From positions 369,706 through 433,705 of the forward strand of contig CAVURJ010000002.1 of the NCBI GenBank assembly GCA_963743885.1: 64,000 nt of DNA. The letters are read 5' to 3'. Both the position numbers and the translations under genes were made by a program. Below, in pieces: positions 1-9,225 of this stretch. Under the pieces are notes generated by a model that was given only the letters and a program-made list of their open reading frames with translations, was not told where the DNA came from and did no database searches. The first letter of the stretch is position 1. Every line of letters begins with the position of its first letter. The DNA comes from Candidatus Moraniibacteriota bacterium (GTDB lineage: Bacteria; Patescibacteriota; Minisyncoccia; Moranbacterales; UBA1568).

Positions 1-1407
1 CCAGAGACGCTCCGCAAGACATCGAATGCGATCTTTGATTCTATCCGGTTGATGCAGACGAGCGAGCAAGAAGTCTATTATCCGGAGAATTTTCCATATC
101 CGGCTCTTGATTGGATGAAGTCGATCATATCGGTCCTGGCTTTCGTGCCGTTTTTCATCGTGCTTCTCGGTCTTTTGCAGAGAAGAGGAGAGAAAGAGCG
201 GAGGCTGTATTTCGTTTTCTTTGGTCTTTTCGTTGTATTCATCATGCTGGTAGCCCGTGTACGTTTTCCGTTTGATCTGACTAACGATTTTCTCTTCCAG
301 TTGCCGGGTATGAATGCGCTGCGCGGCTGGGACAAGTTGGCGATCTTCACACCGTTCATCATGAGCGCGCTTCTCCTGATGGTGCTTTCCGGCATTGATA
401 CGAAACGATTGAGGATATTCGCGCTCGCAGCATTCTCTGTTCTCGCTATTATGCTTGCACTCCCGTTCTATTTTGGTGGCATACAGACGAAGATGAGCCA
501 TATGCTGGCGCGTGAGGGGAGCAAGGACTTCAAGCAGGCGAATTATAGCGCGTTGGTCAAGATTCCTGAGCCATATCGGGATATCGAGAAAGTCTTCGCC
601 GAAGACAAGGAGGACAACAAGATTTCCATGCTGCCGTATTCTCCAGGATCGAGTATCGGCAAAGTGGGTCTCCCAGTCTGGAAGGTCAATGGCCCGTCGG
701 TGGCGCATGTTTTGTATAGTAAGTCGTACGTGGAATTATCGGCACCGTATATTTCGAATTGGGTATTTGCTGAAGATTTTGAAGACACTACACACGATCC
801 GCGCTGGATTACTGATCTCTTCGGGCTTATCGGTGTGAAATACGTCATTTTTCACAAGGATGCCAAGCTGGATCGTATGGAGGATATGGAAGCATCGAGG
901 AAATATTTGGAGAAGAGCGGCATGCTCGAGCTTATCACAGAAAACGACTCTTTCCGCTTGTATAAGATCAAAGAGGGATGTGTATTCCCGTATGTGTATG
1001 GGAATAGCGGCAGACTTTCTTTCGCTGAGAAATCATTGGGTCTCTCTGAGAAGATTGGTGAGTTCCGCAGTACGATGAAGGAGCTCTCGTATGAGCGTGC
1101 AGGGGTAAAGGATATCATCGTCGATGCTGGGGGGCTCGAGCGCGGGCAGAGTGTATTTCTTAATGAGCAGTATGATCCTCTCTGGAGAGCCGAGTATGAG
1201 TCGCCATCAGGAGAACGTGTGATGCTTGCGAGAGATGCTCAGGTCAAGTATGCCAATGCCTGGAAAATCGACGATGCGGCTGATTCTGCTAAGATAGAGA
1301 TATACTATATGCCGCTTCGGCTTCTTTTCATCGGCATGTGGATTTCCGGGGCTGCTCTTATGACTACGATTGGTGGTTTGCTGTACGTCTCTCGGAAGAA
1401 GATATAA
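1..1407 (+). CDS. Partial (5'-truncated at window edge) polytopic membrane protein with N-terminal TM helices, a large extracytoplasmic domain and a single C-terminal TM. This is YfhO/GT-C-like architecture.
   Basis: The frame is open from base 1, with no stop before the first ATG at 49. Hydrophobic helices lie at the start, there is a ~270-aa soluble region, and the terminal helix is LLFIGMWISGAALMTTIGGLLYV. The gene sits at the edge of a glycan locus. Confidence 0.4.
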   Translation, partial: PETLRKTSNAIFDSIRLMQTSEQEVYYPENFPYPALDWMKSIISVLAFVPFFIVLLGLLQRRGEKERRLYFVFFGLFVVFIMLVARVRFPFDLTNDFLFQLPGMNALRGWDKLAIFTPFIMSALLLMVLSGIDTKRLRIFALAAFSVLAIMLALPFYFGGIQTKMSHMLAREGSKDFKQANYSALVKIPEPYRDIEKVFAEDKEDNKISMLPYSPGSSIGKVGLPVWKVNGPSVAHVLYSKSYVELSAPYISNWVFAEDFEDTTHDPRWITDLFGLIGVKYVIFHKDAKLDRMEDMEASRKYLEKSGMLELITENDSFRLYKIKEGCVFPYVYGNSGRLSFAEKSLGLSEKIGEFRSTMKELSYERAGVKDIIVDAGGLERGQSVFLNEQYDPLWRAEYESPSGERVMLARDAQVKYANAWKIDDAADSAKIEIYYMPLRLLFIGMWISGAALMTTIGGLLYVSRKKI

Positions 1408-1417
1408 TCCTTTTGGA

Positions 1418-1783
1418 ATGCATGTTATGGAAAACGATATCGTCAAAGATCCAGTCATTGCTCCGATCATCGAATTTGCGAAGCATCGCCGCGCAGATGT
1501 CGGCTTCGTGTTGGCTGGAATACTGCTCGGAGTATTTCTCGGCTGGAATATTGTCCAGGTGGCTATCTTTGCTGTCTTCATCTGGTCTATCCTTGGTCCG
1601 ATTCCGTCGCGACTGCTCGCTGTGCCGGCATTATTCTTCCTTACTCTTGTTCCGTTCCTTCTTTTGGTCAAGATGGATGATCAGGCGGAAGAATATGCTA
1701 TCTATGCCTATTATTTCCTCGTTATGGCCGTCATCCGTGGCATAGTAGAGATCCGTGCAGAAAAAGAAAACACCTCTGCGTAA
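1418..1783 (+). CDS. Small integral membrane protein (2-3 TM), hypothetical
   Basis: An ORF in the same frame as the 1370 ORF, with an ATG at 1418/1427 just after the upstream stop. The product is hydrophobic. Confidence 0.4.
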   Translation: MHVMENDIVKDPVIAPIIEFAKHRRADVGFVLAGILLGVFLGWNIVQVAIFAVFIWSILGPIPSRLLAVPALFFLTLVPFLLLVKMDDQAEEYAIYAYYFLVMAVIRGIVEIRAEKENTSA

Positions 1784-1798
1784 GAGGCGTTTTTTCTT
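1771..1798. terminator. Weak hairpin plus T-run between convergent genes
   Basis: cacctctgcgtaagaggcg followed by tttttt. Confidence 0.35.
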
Positions 1799-1804
1799 AC
1801 TCTT

Positions 1805-2821
1805 TTAAGGGAGAGACTGTTGCCATCGCCAGGCGTCCTGGAGGGCTTGGGAGATGGTCAGCTTGGCTTGCCAGCCGAGCTCCTTTTTGATTTTGGATGG
1901 ATCGGCGTAGCAGGAGATGATATCGCCTGGGCGGCGTGGGCCGATACTATACGGGACGGAGGTATGTGTCGCCGCTTTGAAGGCTGATATAAGCTCGAGA
2001 ACGCTTGTGCCGTGTCCGGTACCGACATTGTAGACGTCGTACGCTGGCCGGTCCGTCGTGTCCGAAAAGAGCGCATCGAGCGCAGCGATATGGGCCGAAG
2101 CGAGGTCCATGACGTGGATGTAGTCGCGGATGCATGTGCCATCTGGTGTCGGGTAGTCGTTGCCGAAGACGGTCAGTCGTTCGCGGAGGCCGGCTGCTGC
2201 TTGGGTGAGGTAAGGGACGAGATTGTTTGGGGTGCCGATCGGGAGTTCGCCGATGAGGCCGGAGGGATGGGCGCCGATGGGATTGAAGTAGCGGAGCGCT
2301 ATGGAACGGAGCGACCCATGGGCTCTGTGAGACGCTTCCTCGAGCTTGTCTTCGCAGATTTGTTTGGTCTCGCCGTATGGTGAGGTGGCGGGTTTGCGCG
2401 GAGCGGTTTCTGGTATCGGAAGCGTGTCTGGTTCACCGCAAACCGTGGCCGATGACGAGAAGACGAAGACTTGCGTACCGTGCTTTAGTGCGGCAGCGAG
2501 GACAGTGACGAGTGATCCGACGTTGTTCTGGTGGTAGAGTTCTGGTTTTTCCATGGACTCTCCTACGGATTTGAGTGCGGCGAAGTGGATGACGCCGTCG
2601 ATAGGCCGGGCGGAGAAGACTGACTCGATGAATGCTGGATTGGCGCAATCTCCTTCGAAGACTTCGAGTTCCCGCCCGAGTATCTGCGCGATGCCGCGGA
2701 GAACGGACCGGTCTGAATTGCAGAAATTGTCGAGGATGATCGGCGTGTGTCCTGCTTGGGCAAGAAGCACGGCCGTATGCGATCCGATGAATCCCGCTCC
2801 GCCAGTGATGAGGATATTCAT
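1805..2821 (-). CDS. galE: UDP-glucose 4-epimerase (NAD-dependent epimerase/dehydratase, SDR family)
   Basis: N-terminal GGAGFIGSH Rossmann motif, YxxxK (PYGETK), and full-length similarity to GalE over 338 aa. Confidence 0.9.
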   Translation of the reverse strand: MNILITGGAGFIGSHTAVLLAQAGHTPIILDNFCNSDRSVLRGIAQILGRELEVFEGDCANPAFIESVFSARPIDGVIHFAALKSVGESMEKPELYHQNNVGSLVTVLAAALKHGTQVFVFSSSATVCGEPDTLPIPETAPRKPATSPYGETKQICEDKLEEASHRAHGSLRSIALRYFNPIGAHPSGLIGELPIGTPNNLVPYLTQAAAGLRERLTVFGNDYPTPDGTCIRDYIHVMDLASAHIAALDALFSDTTDRPAYDVYNVGTGHGTSVLELISAFKAATHTSVPYSIGPRRPGDIISCYADPSKIKKELGWQAKLTISQALQDAWRWQQSLP

Positions 2822-2888
2822 GACGAATGATAGTTCTTATGTACATAGCATATCAGCAAAATCATTCTTTCGAAAGATGAGTGTTTAT

Positions 2889-2930
2889 GATTTTTCGGCC
2901 TGGATTGCGGGTTTTTCGGCGGTGGGGTAC
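2889..2930. repeat. Direct repeat copy 1 (about 40 bp), a partner of 5187-5226
   Basis: gatttttcggcctggattgcgggtttttcggcggtggggtac compared with cgtttttcggcctggattgcgggttttttggtggtgaggtac. About 37 of 40 positions are identical. Confidence 0.7.
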
Positions 2931-3039
2931 TTCAGTTATATCCCTGGACCCCCGCCTTCGCCAGCCTCGACGTCTAGGCGGGCGGGGATGACAACTAAAC
3001 AATCGTCTACTTTTCGTCTAATTATTGTCTATTTATAAC

Positions 3040-4155
3040 ATAAATATTGGCGTATTTAAGCCATAAAACTGTAATATTGTTAACATTGCAGCAAAAGGGT
3101 TTACACTTCCCGAGGAAGGTTTAAGCTAAAAAGTCCTCTTTTTAGCTTAAACAAGTATGAGCGCTTTTGATCCCAGGTATATGTTGCTGCAAGAAGAAAA
3201 ACTGAAGACTATCCTCTCCAAGCAAGCAACTGCGACAGCGGTTGCCAAGGACCTGTCCGTCTCCCGTCAGACCATCCACAAGTGGCTGGCTCGGTACCGA
3301 CGTTTCGGAACGGACGGGCTCATCGTACGAAGAAAGAAGCATCATACTTCCGCCCACAACCGTACGGCTCCTGCTCTCGAACAATTGGTCGTGAATACAG
3401 CGAGAGAACACTACTACGATGGAGTAGAGACCCTGCACGACCGATTAGAAGAGACCTACAATCTCACGCTCCATCCCACTACCATTTACCGTATCTTAAG
3501 GAGAACTGATACTCGCTACACCGATGGCTACGCTGCTACCAAGAGACAATGGAAGAAGCAGCTCTATGCCCATGAAATTCCGGGATTAGAGCTTCAGATG
3601 GATACAGTCTATCCTTTTGGCTACAAACAAGGCAAAGTCATCTACACCATCATTGATGATGCAACACGATGGGTCTTTGCCTGGTCATACAGCACAGCCA
3701 ATCAGGAACATACGTTGGATTTTCTTGAGAGAGTTTTAGCAAGAGCCCCCTTTCCTGTCCGGAAGATTCGTACTGACCAAGGCAGGGAATTCATTGGGAA
3801 CAGAGCGAAAGCTTTTTTAGAAGAAAGAGAAATTACGTATCGGAACAATACTCCGTACTGTCCCGAAGAGAATGGCAAGATCGAACGCTTCCACCGTACC
3901 CTGAAAGAGAAGGGCATCCGGAGATCCTTCCTGACAGAAGATTCCTTGGAGATGATGCAGTATCGGCTGAACCTCTTCCTTCACTACTACAACTACCGAA
4001 AGAAGCACCGAGGATTGGGGATGAACGGACGGACTCCCATGGAAAGACTGGTGGAACTGGGGAGTGTAAACTTGACGCTGCAATGCTACAAATATTGACT
4101 ACAATAAATTATTATTGTATATTGGTTTACAGTTAATAGTAAACTGTAAACTTTA
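3040..4155 (+). mobile_element. IS481-family insertion sequence (boundaries approximate)
   Basis: A single transposase ORF of ~1.1 kb. Perfect hairpins lie immediately 5' (3120-3152, GTTTAAGCTAAAAAG/CTTTTTAGCTTAAAC) and 3' (4125-4152, GTTTACAGTT/AACTGTAAAC). GC is lower than the flanks. Confidence 0.55.
3157..4098 (+). CDS. IS481-family DDE transposase (N-terminal HTH plus rve integrase core)
   Basis: HTH (VSRQTIHKWLARY), rve-core D..D..E signature (DTVY, IIDDATRW, TDQGREF, PEENGKIERFHRTLK), 313 aa. Confidence 0.8.
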   Translation: MSAFDPRYMLLQEEKLKTILSKQATATAVAKDLSVSRQTIHKWLARYRRFGTDGLIVRRKKHHTSAHNRTAPALEQLVVNTAREHYYDGVETLHDRLEETYNLTLHPTTIYRILRRTDTRYTDGYAATKRQWKKQLYAHEIPGLELQMDTVYPFGYKQGKVIYTIIDDATRWVFAWSYSTANQEHTLDFLERVLARAPFPVRKIRTDQGREFIGNRAKAFLEEREITYRNNTPYCPEENGKIERFHRTLKEKGIRRSFLTEDSLEMMQYRLNLFLHYYNYRKKHRGLGMNGRTPMERLVELGSVNLTLQCYKY

Positions 4156-5126
4156 TGAAAACATCAGAAAAAATAATAGCTTATATTAAACTAAAAAAAC
4201 AGGTTTCCGTAAATGAATTGGTTGGGTATCTTGAAATAAGTAGGATGGGGACATCGAAGCAGCTTGCTAATCTTGTTGCGGAAGGAAAGATCAAGAAAGT
4301 CGGCCGCCCCCCAGTAGTTTTTTATATGCTCAGGGACGAGGGGAAGCTTCCGACGCAAGAAACTATTTTTGATGAACAGACGAAAGATTTGATTGATAAG
4401 AACTATCTCCTCATTACTCCATCCGGTGAACGTAAGGAGGGTTTGGATGGTTTTGCTTATTGGTGTCAGGGGAACAATCTTCCATTGAATAAAACCGCCG
4501 AAGAATACAGGAAAACGTTGAAAAAATATCAGGCGTTTTATAAGGGCGGTCTTTTGGATGGAATGCATAAATTCGAGACAACTTTTGAAAAAGTTGGGCT
4601 GGACTCCGTTTTCTATCTTGATTTCTATAGTATCGAAAGATTCGGAAAGACGAGGATGGGGCAGTTGCTTTTGTATGCGAAGCAGAGCCAGAACAAGAAA
4701 CTCATACGAGAACTCATTACCGATATCCGCCCTCGAGTCGATGATATGATAAAAAAATATCATGTTGATGCGATCGGATTTATCCCGCCTACCGTCAAAA
4801 GAGAGGTGCAGTTTATGAAGGAACTAGAAAAGAATCTGCATCCGAATGTCAAGAGGATCTCAATCGCTAAGATAAAAACGGAAATAATCGTTCCGCAGAA
4901 AACGCTGAATAAATTGAAAGACCGGATTGAAAATGTACAGAAAACGATTGTCGTGAATGAGCCGGGAAGCTATGGGACCATTCTCTTGATCGATGATGCG
5001 GTTGGTTCCGGTGCAACGCTCAATGAGACTGCGACACAAATAAAACGGAAGGGAGTCGCTAAAAAAGTCATCGGCCTTGCTATTACTGGAAGCTTCAAGG
5101 GGTTTGATGTCATCAGTGAGGTTTAA
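4155..5126 (+). CDS. Winged-HTH fused to a C-terminal phosphoribosyltransferase (ComF-like PRTase) domain. AT-rich cargo gene.
   Basis: The PRPP-binding motif ILLIDDAVGSGATLNE lies near the C-terminus and an N-terminal wHTH is present (VNELVGYLEISRMGTSKQLANLVAEGKI). GC is about 38-40% against about 58% in the flanks. Confidence 0.5.
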   Translation: MKTSEKIIAYIKLKKQVSVNELVGYLEISRMGTSKQLANLVAEGKIKKVGRPPVVFYMLRDEGKLPTQETIFDEQTKDLIDKNYLLITPSGERKEGLDGFAYWCQGNNLPLNKTAEEYRKTLKKYQAFYKGGLLDGMHKFETTFEKVGLDSVFYLDFYSIERFGKTRMGQLLLYAKQSQNKKLIRELITDIRPRVDDMIKKYHVDAIGFIPPTVKREVQFMKELEKNLHPNVKRISIAKIKTEIIVPQKTLNKLKDRIENVQKTIVVNEPGSYGTILLIDDAVGSGATLNETATQIKRKGVAKKVIGLAITGSFKGFDVISEV

Positions 5127-5186
5127 ATATCCGTTATCGTCTTATTTGTATCTAGAGATGATAAGCGAAAAACACGAGGAGGATTC

Positions 5187-5226
5187 GTTTTTCGGCCTGG
5201 ATTGCGGGTTTTTTGGTGGTGAGGTA
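5187..5226. repeat. Direct repeat copy 2 (partner of 2889-2930)
   Basis: See copy 1. The pair brackets the transposase and the PRTase gene. Confidence 0.7.
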
Positions 5227-5280
5227 CAATAGAGGGGTATCTAGAGCTTATCTCAAAATTCACCGCCTAACCTAAATCAT

Positions 5281-6222
5281 ATGTCAGAGAACCAGCCGTA
5301 TCTGTCGGTCGTTGTGCCACTGTATAACGAAGAGGGGAACGTGCTCGAGCTGCATCGGAAGATTCGTGAGGCGCTCGAGAAGATCGGCAGACCATTCGAG
5401 ATCATCTTTATCGATGACGGGTCCAAGGACAAGACGCTCGAAGAAGCGAAGCAGTGCCATCCGCTTCGGCTCGTCTCTTTCCGCAAGAATTTCGGCCAGA
5501 CGGCAGCCTTTGATGCTGGTATCAAGGCAGCGACCGGGGAGATCGTCATCACGCTCGATGGTGACCTCCAGAATGATCCGGCTGATATCCCGCTTCTTCT
5601 CGAGAAGATCGATGAGGGGTATGATGTGGTGTCTGGCTGGCGGCACAAGCGTCAGGATCCATGGAGCAAGAAGATCCCGTCCCGTATCGCCAATCTGCTC
5701 CGCAAGATTCTCATCCAGGACAATATCCATGATTCCGGCTGCAGCCTGAAGGCCTACCGCCGTGAGTGTTTCCGTGATGTGGATCTCTTCGGTGAGATGC
5801 ACCGTTTCATGCCGGCACTCCTGTCGCTCGATGGCTTCCGTGTGGCTGAGGTCAAGGTCTCACACTATCCTCGCGTACATGGCGTGACGAAGTACAACTG
5901 GAAGCGTGGCATCAAGGGCTTCGTCGATATGATCTCGATCTGGTTCTGGCGCAAGTATTCGCACCGGCCGATTCATCTTTTTGGTGGTTCTGGCATCCTG
6001 CTTTCGGTCGTTGGTTCTGGTATCCTCGCTTGGATGCTCATCGAGAAGCTCGTCTTCGGCGCTTCGATCGCGGAGCGCATGTGGCCGCTCGTCGGCATCT
6101 TCTTCGTGCTGGTCGGCGTGCAGCTCTTCGTCTTTGGCCTTCTGGCTGATATCGTCATCCGCAATTACTACCACTCACGCGGAAGGATGAATTATTCCAT
6201 AAGGGAGATAATTGAAAATTAA
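5281..6222 (+). CDS. GT2 polyprenol-phosphate glycosyltransferase (DPM1/GtrB/ArnC-like) with C-terminal TM helices
   Basis: VVPLYNEE, IFIDDGSKD and DGDLQND motifs, with two C-terminal TM helices. Confidence 0.85.
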   Translation: MSENQPYLSVVVPLYNEEGNVLELHRKIREALEKIGRPFEIIFIDDGSKDKTLEEAKQCHPLRLVSFRKNFGQTAAFDAGIKAATGEIVITLDGDLQNDPADIPLLLEKIDEGYDVVSGWRHKRQDPWSKKIPSRIANLLRKILIQDNIHDSGCSLKAYRRECFRDVDLFGEMHRFMPALLSLDGFRVAEVKVSHYPRVHGVTKYNWKRGIKGFVDMISIWFWRKYSHRPIHLFGGSGILLSVVGSGILAWMLIEKLVFGASIAERMWPLVGIFFVLVGVQLFVFGLLADIVIRNYYHSRGRMNYSIREIIEN

Positions 6223-6223
6223 T

Positions 6224-6303
6224 CAGTTAACGGGTTCACGGGCTAACGTGTTTTTCGGATTTTGAACTCGTTAACGCGTTAACTCGTAATACTTTAACGG
6301 TTA
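6224..6303. promoter_or_regulatory. GTTAACG-containing upstream motif, copy 1 (upstream of ugd)
   Basis: cagttaacgggttcacgggctaacgtgtt ... gaactcgttaacgcgttaactcg. It shares modules with 36549-36632 and 57672-57710. Confidence 0.45.
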
Positions 6304-6307
6304 CGCT

Positions 6308-7618
6308 ATGAAGCTAGCTTTTATCGGTACTGGATACGTAGGATTGGTGACGGGAGCGTGCATGGCGGAACTGGGGCATACGGTCGTCTGTGCGGATGTC
6401 GACAAGAAGAAGATCGCGGGGCTCAAGAAGGGCATCATGCCGATCTATGAGCTCGGCCTGGAAGAGCTGGTCGGGAAGAACGTGAAAGAAGGGCGCTTGT
6501 CCTTCACGACATCCATCGGTGTGGCCATGAAGGCGGCTGATGTGGTCTTCAGTGCGGTCGGGACCCCGGAAGACAAGAAGACTGGCAAGGCTGATATGCA
6601 GTATGTGCATGCGGTTGCGGAGACCTTTGGCAAGAATCTGAACGGCTACAAAATCCTCGTGAACAAGTCGACCGTACCGGTGGGGACGGCGGACGCAGTG
6701 CGCGACATCGTGCTCCATGCAAGCAAGGGGAAGCACGAGTTTGATATCGTCTCCAATCCGGAGTTCCTTCGCGAAGGCGCAGCTATCAAAGATTTCCTCA
6801 ACCCGGACCGTGTGGTGGTCGGTGTCGCTTCGCCGCGTGCCAAGGAGATGATGGAGAAGATCTATCGTCCAATCGCCCGTGCCGGTCGCCCGGTCATGGT
6901 GACGGATATCCGCTCGGCCGAGCTCATCAAGTACGCTTCGAACGCTTTCCTCGCGGTCAAGATCACCTTCATCAATGAAATCGCCAATTTCTGTGAGCTC
7001 GCGGGAGCGAACGTGAAGGAAGTGGCGCGCGGTATGGGTGCGGACAGTCGCATCGGATCGCGTTTCCTCTACGCTGGCATCGGTTTCGGTGGATCGTGCT
7101 TCCCGAAGGACGTGCAGGCGCTCATGCAGACCGGCAAGGACTACAAGCAGCATTTCTCGATCATCGAGGCGGCTGACAAGGTGAATGATATGCAGAAGCT
7201 TCGCCCGATGGCTTTTCTCAAGAAGCATTTCAAGAGGGGGCTCAAAGGCAAGACGATCGCGCTTTGGGGTCTCTCCTTCAAGCCGCGGACGGATGATGTG
7301 CGCGAGGCACCGGCGCTCTATGTCGCTGAGGCACTCCTCAAGGCAGGGGCCAAGGTGCGCGCGTTCGATCCGGTGGCGATGGAGAATTTCAAAGCGGCTT
7401 TCCCGGACAAGCGGGTGAAGTATGCCGCACATGCCTATGAAGCCGTCGAGAAGGCAGATGCGCTCCTCGTGATGACCGAGTGGGATGAGTTCCGCACGGC
7501 GGAGTATCCGGAGCTTGCGTCACGCATGAAGGAGCGTGTGATCGTCGATGGCCGCAATATCTTTGAACGTCGTGAAGCTGAAGCGGAAGGATTTACGTAC
7601 TTTGGAATTGGCGTGTAA
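6308..7618 (+). CDS. ugd: UDP-glucose 6-dehydrogenase
   Basis: GTGYVGL Rossmann motif, catalytic GFGGSCFPKD, and C-terminal LWGLSFKPRTDD, over 436 aa. Confidence 0.9.
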   Translation: MKLAFIGTGYVGLVTGACMAELGHTVVCADVDKKKIAGLKKGIMPIYELGLEELVGKNVKEGRLSFTTSIGVAMKAADVVFSAVGTPEDKKTGKADMQYVHAVAETFGKNLNGYKILVNKSTVPVGTADAVRDIVLHASKGKHEFDIVSNPEFLREGAAIKDFLNPDRVVVGVASPRAKEMMEKIYRPIARAGRPVMVTDIRSAELIKYASNAFLAVKITFINEIANFCELAGANVKEVARGMGADSRIGSRFLYAGIGFGGSCFPKDVQALMQTGKDYKQHFSIIEAADKVNDMQKLRPMAFLKKHFKRGLKGKTIALWGLSFKPRTDDVREAPALYVAEALLKAGAKVRAFDPVAMENFKAAFPDKRVKYAAHAYEAVEKADALLVMTEWDEFRTAEYPELASRMKERVIVDGRNIFERREAEAEGFTYFGIGV

Positions 7619-7652
7619 GAGTGTATTTTGTATTGAGTATTAAGTATTATGT

Positions 7653-8027
7653 ATGGCGGAGAAGATTCGGTCATTTACTGATCTCAATGCTTGGCGCGAG
7701 GCACATGCACTGGCGCTTGATGTATACGCTGCTACGAAAGGATTCCCGAAAGAAGAAATTTTCGTTCTTGTGAGTCAGATGCGGCGCTGTGCTATATCTG
7801 TTCCATCCAATATCGCGGAGGGGTTCAGTCGGAATTCTGCTAAAGATAAGATGCAGTTTTATGCGATAGCGCTCGGTTCAGTGACAGAGTTGCAGAGCCA
7901 ACTTATGATGGCGCGCGATATGAAGTACATGACCAAACTGGAATTTCAGAAAATAGCAGAAAAGACAGTTATTGTAAGTAAGCTCATCAATGGTCTGAAG
8001 AAAACAGCCCAAGGAAGACCTTCTTGA
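7653..8027 (+). CDS. Four-helix-bundle protein (TIGR02436 / 23S rRNA intervening-sequence protein family)
   Basis: 124 aa with the characteristic AIS.PSNIAEG.....K..F..IA.GS..E motif. Confidence 0.8.
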   Translation: MAEKIRSFTDLNAWREAHALALDVYAATKGFPKEEIFVLVSQMRRCAISVPSNIAEGFSRNSAKDKMQFYAIALGSVTELQSQLMMARDMKYMTKLEFQKIAEKTVIVSKLINGLKKTAQGRPS

Positions 8028-8064
8028 ATCCCATACAAAATACGTAATACAGGATACATACTAC

Positions 8065-9225
8065 ATGAAACTGCTTTTTCTTAACTACGAATACCCGCCG
8101 ATTGGGGGTGGGGCGTCGACGGCGACGGAGGCTATCCTTCGGGAATGGGCGGCCATGCCGAATATCGAGGCACATCTCGTCACATCGAACGTCGGGGATG
8201 TGTATGAGCGCCTCCATCTTGGCGGCAAGGTCTATGTCCATCGTCTGCCGATTGGTAAGGATTCTGAGAAACTTCATTCGCAGTCGATGCGGGATATTCT
8301 GGTGTATAGCTGGAAGGCGTTCTGGTTTGCCCGTACGCTCATAAGACAGGAGCATGGAAAGCAGCGTTTTGATGCAACGCTCGCCTTTTTCACGGTGCCG
8401 TGCGGGTTCATCGCGTATGCACTCAAGCTCTGCTATGGCATCCCGTATGCCGTGTCGCTCCGCGGGGCGGATGTACCGGGTTTTAGTGAGAAGTATGATA
8501 CGTTCTATCTCTTTGTGAAACCGCTCGTGCGGTTCCTCTGGCATCGTGCACTTGTGGTGATACCGAATAGCCAGGGGATCACTGAGCTTGCGAAGAAGAC
8601 TGCTGCCAAGCAGGAGATGACAATCATCGAGAATGGTGTCGATACGGAGCTTTTCTGCCCTGCCAAAGAGGCGAAGCCAGATGTGCCGGTCATCTTCATC
8701 TCTACATCACGTCTGACGCCAAGGAAAGGCATCGATACCCTCATCCGGGCGTTCGCTGCTGCGGTGAAGCGTTCTGATGTGCCGATGGAGCTCCGTATCG
8801 TTGGCGAGGGGGAACAGCAGTCAGCACTTGAACAGCTGGCAGCTGATCTCGGTGTCGCAAAGGAAGTCGATTTTCTCGGCCGGGTTGAACATGATCATCT
8901 GCCGGAAGCGTACCGGTCGTCGCATGTCTTCGTTTTGCCGTCAAAGAACGAGGGGATGAGTAATTCCGCACTTGAGGCGCTCGCCTGTGGGTTGCCGCTC
9001 ATCGTGTCTGGTACGGGCGGCATGCAAGAGCTCGTTTCTGAAGGTGTGAATGGCGCTTTCGTGGATCCGGATGATACCGAAGGTTTCGCGACGGCATTGC
9101 TCCGATTCGCTGAGGATCGCGATATCATCGCTGCCTATGGAGCGGAGAGTCGGCGGCGTGCATCGGAGCGTAGCTGGCGGTCGGTCGCTGAGCGTTTCCG
9201 TGATGTCATTGCCGAAGCACTATAA
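8065..9225 (+). CDS. GT4-family glycosyltransferase
   Basis: C-terminal EGMSNSALEALACGLPLI motif and a GT-B fold. Confidence 0.8.
   Translation: MKLLFLNYEYPPIGGGASTATEAILREWAAMPNIEAHLVTSNVGDVYERLHLGGKVYVHRLPIGKDSEKLHSQSMRDILVYSWKAFWFARTLIRQEHGKQRFDATLAFFTVPCGFIAYALKLCYGIPYAVSLRGADVPGFSEKYDTFYLFVKPLVRFLWHRALVVIPNSQGITELAKKTAAKQEMTIIENGVDTELFCPAKEAKPDVPVIFISTSRLTPRKGIDTLIRAFAAAVKRSDVPMELRIVGEGEQQSALEQLAADLGVAKEVDFLGRVEHDHLPEAYRSSHVFVLPSKNEGMSNSALEALACGLPLIVSGTGGMQELVSEGVNGAFVDPDDTEGFATALLRFAEDRDIIAAYGAESRRRASERSWRSVAERFRDVIAEAL

Noticed and set aside
6314-7432. Long antisense ORF (372 aa) opposite ugd, plus many other R/P/S-rich antisense or overlapping ORFs inside GC-rich genes (for example 16869-17666, 11671-12270, 5284-5802, 14195-14578, 44193-44675)
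   Set aside because: They are compositional artefacts of GC-rich coding DNA. The products are low-complexity with no motifs, and the sense-strand genes have clear homology.
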